Source: the human T2T-CHM13v2.0 reference genome, Homo sapiens
DNA: 64,000 nt
Direction: 5' to 3' (one strand)
NCBI RefSeq assembly: GCF_009914755.1
Contig: NC_060934.1
In this document: piece by piece, positions 54,653-64,000 of the stretch
Numbering within the stretch: position 1 is the first letter of the stretch
Layout: every line of letters starts with the position of its first letter
The notes under the pieces: generated by a model
The model's input: only the letters and a program-made list of their open reading frames with translations
What the model was told of the DNA's origin: nothing
The model's database searches: none
Program-made: the position numbers and the translations under genes

Positions 54653-55645
54653 TTGTTTTCCTTCATTAGGAAATTGCCAGCTGACATCAGAGAAATGTTC
54701 AGGCCTGTTTCTGCATACAGGCCTTAACGAAAATGTGTTTTTCTTTTTGTTAGTATTCTTACTCTACACATTGCGCAAACTTTAAGAAAAGTTGTGGATA
54801 CATAGTTGGTGTATAAATTTATGAGTTGGATGAGATACGTTGATACAAGCATGCAATGCATAATAATCACATCAGGGTAAATGGGGTCTCTATTACCTCA
54901 AGCATTTATCCTTTATTTGTGTTACAAACAATCCAATTATTCTCTTTTAGTTATTTCAAAATGTACAATAAATTATTGTTGACTGTAGTCATTCTGTTGT
55001 GCTGTCAAATACTAAATCTTATTCATTGTATCTAACTATATTTTTGTACCCATTAACCATCCCCATTTCTTACCCATCTCCCAAGCCCCTCCTCAGTCTC
55101 TGGTAACCATCCTTCTACCCTCTATCTCCATGAATTCAATTCTTTTGAATTTTATCTCCCACAAACAAGTGAGAGCATGTGAAGTTTATCTTTTTGTGCC
55201 TGGTATATTTCACTTGACATAATGTCCTCCAGTTCTATCCATGTTCTTGCAAATGACTGGATCTTGCTCTTTTTTATGGCTGAATACTACTTCACTGTTT
55301 GTATATACCACCTCTTCTTTATTCATTTATCGTTTGATGGGCACTTAGGTTGCTTCCAAATCTCGGCTGAATAGTGCAGCAATAAACAGCAAGTAAATGC
55401 TTGAGGTAATGGATACCCTATTTACCCAGTTGTGATTATTACACATTACATGCTTGTATCAACATGTCTCATCCAACTCATAAATTTATACACCTACTGT
55501 GTACCCACAATTTTTTTAAAGTTTGCACAATATGTAGAGTAAGAATCCCAAGAAGAAAAACACATTTTAGTTAAGGCCTATATGCAAAAACAGGCTTGAA
55601 CATTTCCCTGATGTCAGCTGGCAATTTACTAATGAAGTAAAACAA
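54653..55645. repeat. Inverted repeat: arms 54653-54908 and 55394-55645, ~89-90% identity, 485-bp spacer
   Basis: Manual block-by-block reverse-complement alignment, about 27 differences in about 255 bp. Confidence 0.95.
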
Positions 55646-56793
55646 GAGAGTGCAGATATCTCTTCAGTATACTGATTTCCTTTCTTTTGGGCATATACCT
55701 AGCAGTGGAATTGCTGGATTGTATAGTATCTCTATTTTTAGTTTTTTGAGGAACCTCCAAATTGTTCTCCATAGTGGTTGTACTAATTTACATTCCCACC
55801 AACAGTGTATGATGGTTCCCTTTTCTCCACATTCTTGCCAGCATTTGTTATTGCCTGTTTTTGGAAAAAAGCCATTTTAACTGGGATGAGAGGATATCTC
55901 ATTGTAGTTTTGATTTGCATTTCTCTGATGATCAGGGATGTTGAGCACCTTTTCATATACCTGTTTGCCATTTGTATGTCTTCTTTTGGGAAATGTCTCT
56001 TCAGATCTTTTGCTCAGTTTTTAATCAGATAATTAGATTTTTTTCCTACACAGTTGTTTGAGCTCCTTATATATTCTGGTTATTAATTCCTTGTCAGATG
56101 GATAGTTTAAAAATATTTTCTCCCATTCCTTGGGTTGTGTCTTTACTTTCTTGATTGTTTCCTTTGCTGTGGAGAAGTTTTTGTGTGTGTGTGTGTTTGT
56201 TTTGTCTTTTAACGTGTCCATTTTTGCTTTGGCTGCCTGTGCTTTGGGGGTACTACTCAAGAAATCTTTGCTCAGACCAGTGTCCTGGAGAGTTTTCCCA
56301 ATGTTTCTTTAGTAGTCACATAGTTTGAGGTTTTACATTTAAGTCCTTAATTCATTTTGATGTGATTTTTCTATATGGTAAGGGGTCTAGTTTTGTTCTT
56401 CTGCATATGGATATCCAGTTTCCTCAGCACCATTTATTAAAGAGATTGTTCTTCCATGATGCATGTGTCGGAAGCGAATTCACTGTAGATGTATGGATTT
56501 GTTTCTTGATTGTTTATTCTGTTCTATTGGTCTATGTGTCTGTTTTCAGGCCAGTTATCATGCTATTTTGGTTACTATAGCTCTGTAATATAATTTGAAG
56601 TCTGGTAATGTTATGCCTCCAATTTTGTTCTTCTTGCTTAAGATAACTTTGGCTATTCTGGATCTTTTATGGTTCCGTATAAAGTTTAGGATTGTTTTTT
56701 CTATTTCAGTGAAGAATGTCATTGGTATTTTGATAGGGATTGCATTGAATCCATAGATTGCTTTGAGTAGTATGGACATTTTAACAATGTTGA

Positions 56794-57218
<425 letters not shown>

Positions 57219-59339
57219 TCTTTAATTTCTTTCATCAGCGTTTTTTAATTTTAATTGTAGAGGTCTTTCACTTGTTTGGTTAAGATAATTCGTAGGTGTT
57301 TAATTTTATTTGTAGCTATTGTAAATGGGATTACTTTCTTGTATTCTTTTCAGATTGTTTGCTGTTGGCATATAGAAATGCTACTGATTTTTGTATATTG
57401 GTTTTGTATCCTGCGTCTTTACTGAATTTATCAGTCCTAATAGTTTTTTGGTGGATTCTTTTTTGTATAGAATCCACCTTTTTGGATTCTTCAGGTTTTT
57501 TTCACATATAAGTTTATATCATCTGTAAACAAGGATAATTTGACTTCTTCCTTTCCAATTTGATGCCTTTTGTTTCTTTCTCTTGTCTGGTTGCTCTAGC
57601 TAGGACTTCTACTGTGGCTGAGCTGGCACCCAAGCAACAAGACAAAGTCTTTCCCACCCTTACCCTTCCCTCAAGCAGAGTAGTCTCTCCCTGTGGCCAC
57701 CACCACCCCACGCCTGGAGTGAGCACTGCCTGGCTATCACTGATGTTCATTCAAGGCCCAAGGGATCTTCAATCAGCTTGTGGTGAATGATGCCAGGCTC
57801 TAGGTATCCCTTCCAGGTAGTGGGCTCCCTTCTGGTCCAGGGCAGGTCTGGAAATGACATTCAGAAGCCAAAGCCTGGAATCGGGGACCCCAGGAGCCTG
57901 CTTGGTGCTCTACCCCATTGTATCTGAGCTGGTACCCAAGCTGCAAGACAAATTCCCCTGTATTTTTATCTCTCTTTTTTCTCAAGTTGGAGTCTGTCCC
58001 CATAGCCACCACGGCTGGGCATGTGCTGGGTCACACCTGAAGCTGGCATAGGTCTGAGTCTCACCCAAGGCCCGTGGTGGGTACAGCCTGGCTACCATTG
58101 CTGATTATTCAGGATCCAGTGGCTCTTTTGCCAGCAGGTGATGGATACTGCCAGGAGTAGGACCTTCTCTTTAAGGCAGTAGGTTCCCTTCTGGCCCAGG
58201 TGTATCTAGAAATGTTGCCCTGGAATTAGGGCCTGGAATGGGACCCCAGGACTCTACCTGGTGTCCTGTCCTACTGTGGCTCAGCTCGTATCCAAGTTGC
58301 AAGACAAAGTCCTCTTTACATCAAAGAAATATACTCTGCCTTTTTATGGAGGAAATCAGAATGTTACTGAGAAAGGGCATGGTTATGAGGAGTGGTGTAA
58401 CCTATCTTAGTTTGCTTTGAATAAGTTAATGTTTTTAATACAGAATACCTCCAGTATATACAATCATTGCAAGACAGTAACTGAAGTCTGCAAGTCTGGG
58501 AGTTTTCAAGCACTTAAGCTCACTTACAGTCAAGGTACTTGTTATTGAGTGGGACAGTAAAAGAGGACAGGGAGCACACCCTGCCTGAACCTGAGTCTCC
58601 ATGCTTAGACCATGTCCTCTGAGCCAGCAAAGTAAAATGGAGGAGGTAGAGGTTTTCTTCTTTCTGCACACACCTGTAAGCCCAGCTCATTTTGACAGGA
58701 ACTCTCCACCCTCTCAGTCTCTGAGGTGTTCTTCTCTTCCTCTTTACTTACAACTCTCACACCTCCTCCTGGTCTTGGACCCTTAAAATAATGGTGAGTA
58801 GTAAAGCATTAGTCAGATTAAAAAACCCCTGGTAACCTCTCTCTCGTAAGAAAATGCTTTCACGCAGTAAAAATATGCTTACAGTGTTCTAACTTGTCAT
58901 GTTAAAGGACAAGTTAACCATCTCAGTCCTAGTCAACACTTCTGATATTTCCCACTACCTCAAGGTAATGCCCTAATTTCTTATTATGACCTATTATGTA
59001 CTTTAAGGCATAATCTTTGGCCTCTTATACCTTCAAATTCTGGGCTTTGGCCAAACTGAGCTACTTTCATTTCTCTGAATGAGCCATACTGTCGTATCCT
59101 CAACAAGTTACTTAACCTTTCCAAGTTTGGTTTTTAAATTAATAAACAGAGAATGTTGCTACAGATTTGCATGCAAGAACTTTATTAGGGAGTGCTGTCA
59201 GAATTTCCACTAAGATCTGTCACCCGCGGAACAGAGAAGAAAGGAGGCTTTGAGAGAGCAAGATGCCAGCCTGCCTTGCCACCAGTCCTATAGGAGACAC
59301 TGGACTTGGGATGGCTCTGCAGAGTGCTGGAATAAGGGT

Positions 59340-59685
59340 CCTCTAGACTGGATGTTTTTGTCCCCCACAATTCATATGTTAAATCCTAACTCCCAATGTG
59401 ATGGTATTTGGAGGTGGCGTCATGAGGAAGGAGCCCTCAGGAATGGGGTTAATACCCTTATAAAAGAGATCCCAGAGAATTCCCTTGTCCCTTCTGCCAC
59501 GTGAAGGTGCAATGAAAAGATGGCCATCTATGAACCAGGAAGTAGGTCCTCACCAGTTATCAAACCCTGCCTATGCCTTAATCTTGAACTTCTGAGCCTC
59601 CAGAACTGTGAGAAATAAATGTCTGTTGTTTATAAACCACTCCCTTTATGGTATTTTGTTATAGCATCCCCAATAGACTAAGACA
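59340..59685 (+). mobile_element. MLT1A-like LTR nested in an older MLT1 (about 59140-59905)
   Basis: gtcccccacaattcatatgttaaatcctaactcccaatgtgatggtatttggaggtgg...gtgagaaataaatgtctgttg...agactaagaca. Confidence 0.85.
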
Positions 59686-60049
59686 AGGGACAAGGGGATT
59701 GAGCCTTTATACTTCCTTACTGAGCAGTCATGGGATGCAGGCTGACCTTGGAAAGCCAGGGTGACCTTGAGTGAGGGTACTGTCTTACGGGGAGGGCAGG
59801 TCCTGAAGAGGGACTCCACTGAGATCCATCAGCCACCAATACTCCCAGCAGCTGGGGAATAAGTGTTTGTGTTCTGAAGTGGATAATCTGAAGGTTTCAC
59901 CACTGCAGAATGAATACCTGTTTCATAAGGTAATTATGATAAATTTATTCCTGTGCCGTGCCCCCCAAAGCACACACATATACACATATATGCTTATTCT
60001 TCAGGTCTCACCTTGCATCTTATCACCTCTGGAAAATTTCCATGACTAC

Positions 60050-60700
60050 ACACCTTCCAACCTACAGTAAGCTATAGTCATCCTTTTGGCTTCTATAGCA
60101 TTATTTATTTAATCCTGTAGTAGCAATTATTATACAATATGACAATTTCTAGTAATGGTCTGTCTCCTCATCAGACTGTAAGGGGCAGGAACCACAGGCC
60201 ATAGTACTTTTCTTACTCTAAGCAGCTCCTCCATTATATTGTGATTATAATGATTAACCACCTATACCACAAACTCCACAAGAACAGGTCAATATCTGTT
60301 TGCTTTTTTTTCTCACTGTTTTATCCCATAGCACAGTACATGGAATGTAGTCTGAGCCTGATAAATATTTTGGTGTATGAGTGAGTGAATGTTGAAATTT
60401 CTCTGGGAAGGGAGAATAAAGACAATGGCATTGGATGGGGAGAGCATATCTAGAGTTCTAGATTGCTGACAGTTCTGGTATTCAAAGGTCCCGTGATGGG
60501 ACTGCTCAGTTATGTGCAGTACTGAGGAACACTAGCTAAACTTTTCTCTATACCAAACCTTTATCCAAGTGCTTCACAGGTACTAACTCATTGAATCCTC
60601 ATGATAACCCTAAGAAAAAAATACTGTCTATTTTACAGATGATGAGACTGAGATATGGAGAAGTTAAATCACTTGGTCAAAGTCACAAAGTTGAAGTAGT
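60050..60700. mobile_element. L2 3' fragments and MIR
   Basis: gtctgtctcctcatcagactgtaag...ataaatattttgg..tgagtgagtgaatg; attttacagatgatgagactgag. Confidence 0.65.
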
Positions 60701-61908
60701 ACAGGTGACAGACATTAATCCTCCATGACTTCCATTTTCTCAAATGAGAAGACCAACACACTCACTCTTATATCTTTCATCTTTTTTTCCGTAGTTCTGG
60801 ATCTTTCAGACCTCATTATGTGCCCCAGTGCTTCCCCTCACTAGACTCTGTGTGGGTAGATGAGCCTAAACTGGGTCTTGTGAAGGCCATGGGGATGAGG
60901 TGACTGAAGACCTTGCTTTCACGGAAGAGTTTTGGTAAAGATATTCCTGTGGATATGGGAGATGCCAGAATTGTGATGAATCCTTTGATTAAACATCAAA
61001 GGAGGAGGAAGGGAAGGGGGAAAGTGAGACCAGGCACTGAAGCAACTCATGCACTTGGAAGACCTTCCTCCTCTCTTTTGGTCGCTATCCCTTTAAAAAA
61101 GTTATAGCAAATTCTTACATCAAAAAAATAACCTTAAGCTTTATCATTCAGAGCTTAGTAGGTAGAGGAAATTTTTTTTTTTATTGGAGGAGGGAGTAGA
61201 GGGCAGGAGGGCTTTATTCTCCACACCACATAGCTTATAGACTCCCCTCCTTTGAGAGGCAAGGCAGGCTGTGGTGCCTTGGGTCCATCACAGATGGATG
61301 TCAAGCTGTCATAGCACCTTAGGAAGTGTTGGGCTAGGTGGGGAGAGTGATAGGAGCCCTTCTTCTATTATTTCTAATCATCCCACTCTCCTCCAAAGTG
61401 ATAACCCTTAAGAAAATCCTAAATTGTTTTACTTCAAGGAAATACTTTGAAAACTGGATTGAGTTTGAGTGTTTTATCATGACGCCTTTTTCTTTTAAAA
61501 GGAGTCCTGGAAGCCAAATGTCTGGGGATGGATTTAGCTTACTTGCTTCCAAAGAACAGTTGAGGAACTTATTAGGCTGTGCTATGATATTTTAGTGCAT
61601 GTATTTGGTAGCTGTTTGTGTGGCAAGGAAACTATGTTGTCTTAAAAGGTAGACATTTTTATTCTTGGAAGAAAATTGTCTCTTAAAACACTTTTAATAC
61701 ATTTACTTTTACTTACTTTTATTGCTTGGTGAAATAAATAGTAAAATTAACAGGAGCGATCAAAAAGTCCTTCTAGGTCACATTTAGAAACTGCTAGAAA
61801 TCTGAATTTGAACACTATTAGACTGAATTATATCAGGCAATCTTTTATTTTAATTATATACATACATTTCAAATAAAATGCCTGTTTTAGAACTACCATA
61901 GAAAAAAA

Positions 61909-62178
61909 TATTTATTTATTTATTTATTTATTTATTTTTTGAGATGGAGTCTCCCTCTGTCGCCCAGGCTGGAGTGCAGTGGTGCGATCTTGGCTCACTG
62001 CAACCTCCACTTCCTGGCTTCAAGCGATTCTCCTGCCTCAGCCTCCCCAAGTAGCTGGGACTACAGGCATGTGCCACCACACCCAGCTAATTCTTTTTGT
62101 ATTTTTACTAGAGATGAGATTTTACCATGTTGGCCAGGCTGGTCTCGAACTCTTGACCTCTGGTGATCCGCCCACCTT
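61909..62178 (-). mobile_element. Alu (AluS), lacking ~40 nt of 5' end, (TTTA)n tail
   Basis: Stops at ccgcccacctt; flanked by gaaaa(aaa)tattt. Confidence 0.93.
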
Positions 62179-63819
62179 GAAAATATTTTAAAGTTGTAAA
62201 TCTTACCATTGCAAAGGAACTATTTTTAGTATCCAAGTTTTTTCCTGTCCTTGTCCATATGCACATGTACATTTCCACAACTGTGCTCGTAATCACCATA
62301 AAACTTCGTGTTTATCTTTTTTAAACTAAATGTTATGTCATAAAATATTTTCTACCTTATTTTAGCCTTTATAATTATAGCCAGAAAGGATTCAAAATCT
62401 TCATTAAATCACTTAACCATACATAACTTAATAATTTCCTCATAGACTAATTTATTTATAACTTAAATACATAATTTTAAATCATCAAAAAATTGATAGT
62501 TTACTTTTTCTTCACATTTAAGGCTAGAATGAATATCACTAATGTTGAAATGTTGTAAAACACCATATGGCCACATAAGCACTAAAGCTACTCTTTTACT
62601 AAGCAATGTAATTCAGAGACAGACACTAAGCTTTCCTCAAAGTTAGTAGATAGCGCCAGGGTCTACACCCAGCCTTAGAAATGTAACCACTGAAGCCAAC
62701 ATTTTTGCACAGTAAGAGCATGTGAAAACTTCTTCCAGTATGTAACAATTGTTTACATAGGAACCTTGGTTGAATTAACCTTGATTATGCTTGTTCGTCT
62801 TCTCCATCAATGGGTTTAGTAATTTTAACCAACCAAGTAAGTACATTCCAGATATTTGACTGACTTGCTTTGAGAGACCTCTGTATGTGGAACTTGATGA
62901 TGGAGGCTTTGAGCCTGAGATCCCAGTCCTCCTGTGGTACTTCTCTTGGTAGAGGAGATACATTCTGGGTGGAATCTAGAAGAGAAGGCAGTGCTGGCAT
63001 ACTGTTAGGGCATTTTCTTGATAAGTGTTATGAAACATAAATCTTCATTTGACTCTGAAGAAAGCCTAGGTTAGTATCAATATGAAAATCAGGTTATTGC
63101 CAGAGATTTGAGATAAATCTTTCCTGGGAAAGAAAACAACGATTTTTCCTTTGGCATTACGTCTCCGGTTTGCACAGGCTTGAGCTGTCGCTTTTGCAGA
63201 GAGACGACAGGTCTTAAACAGAGGCTTCTGCAAGGTTCACTACACATCGAGGGACTGTCAGACCAGCGGAAATGAAAAAGTTTTCTGTATTTAACCTCTG
63301 GGATTTTTGTCAGTCAAAACCCATGGGTGGAATACATGTGTCAACTCAGGCAGATAGCACAAACTGCTATTAGGCATGATGGAGTCTTTGCAGAATGCTA
63401 AGAAGATTTGGAGAATATTAAGTACCCTTAATACTGTCGGGTGATTCATGCCTCTAGTTGGCAGTTCTCATCTTGGAGCACGCTTGGAATATGCTTTCAT
63501 TGAAAATGTCAGGCTGCTTGGATGGAGCAGATGCTCATGGGATGAGTCGGGTGCTCAGAACACAACCGGAAATATCCATGTTCTTTTTCTGACATTTTTG
63601 ATAAAATGGAATAACAACGTAATATTCTTTCTGTAAAACTAGGCCAGAATATTTAAGTAAAGAAAACAGTGAAAGGGAAATACACGTTTTTCTCACGTGC
63701 ATTGTAGAGTGTTTCCTTCTTTGTGGTCACTTATTGGTCTTTTAGCTGGTACTATCCAAAGGTGAGAGCCTCAAGGTCTGTAGTCTGGGCTAGGCACTTA
63801 AGCCATGTGCAAAACACAA

Positions 63820-64000
63820 TGGAGCATAATGGTTAAAGAGCTAGATTCCACCAGGGATTGAATCCCAATTCTACCACTTACTTTGACCTTAAAGCAAGTT
63901 ACTTACATTCTGTAAGCCCCAGTTTCCTTGTCTGTACTTATGAGGTTTTTGTGAGGAACAAATGAGATACATTTTGCAAAACACGTAGCTTGTTGCCTGT
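63820..64000 (+). mobile_element. MIR
   Basis: gcataatggttaaagag...gaatcccaattctaccacttac...caagttacttac...cagtttcct. Confidence 0.8.

Noticed and set aside
57611-58319. Regularly spaced direct repeats (CRISPR-like or novel array)
   Set aside because: Entire ~300-350-bp units are homologous and diverged, consistent with L1 5'UTR monomers; eukaryotic context with no cas genes.

Overview
Primate (almost certainly human) genomic DNA from the 5' end of PRKG1 (cGMP-dependent protein kinase I), transcribed on the + strand. The only protein-coding sequence is the alpha-isoform first exon (CDS 7974-8239). It encodes the PKG-Ialpha leucine zipper, redox Cys43 and autoinhibitory segment, and sits in a CpG island with an interrupted (GCC)n 5'UTR repeat. 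About 7.5 kb upstream and about 56 kb of intron 1 are AT-rich and filled with interspersed repeats (Alu, MIR, L1, L2, L3/CR1, MaLR LTRs, MER2/MER5/MER20/MER45). The beta first exon and exon 2 are not in the window. I found no evidence of a novel gene system. The most unusual structure is an antisense L1MA (about 54.8-58.3 kb). It carries a ~250-bp inverted copy of its own 3' end plus unique flanking DNA inserted into its body (a template-switch signature giving a long hairpin), a second micro-foldback, and an ORF2-to-5'UTR internal deletion. Other leads: a stop codon embedded in the exon-1alpha splice donor, and a strong intronic acceptor that would give the same 89-aa zipper-only peptide; promoter G4 motifs; three co-oriented CTCF-like motifs; and a young truncated AluY. 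Repeat subfamily names come from remembered consensus motifs, and repeat boundaries are approximate unless a TSD is cited.
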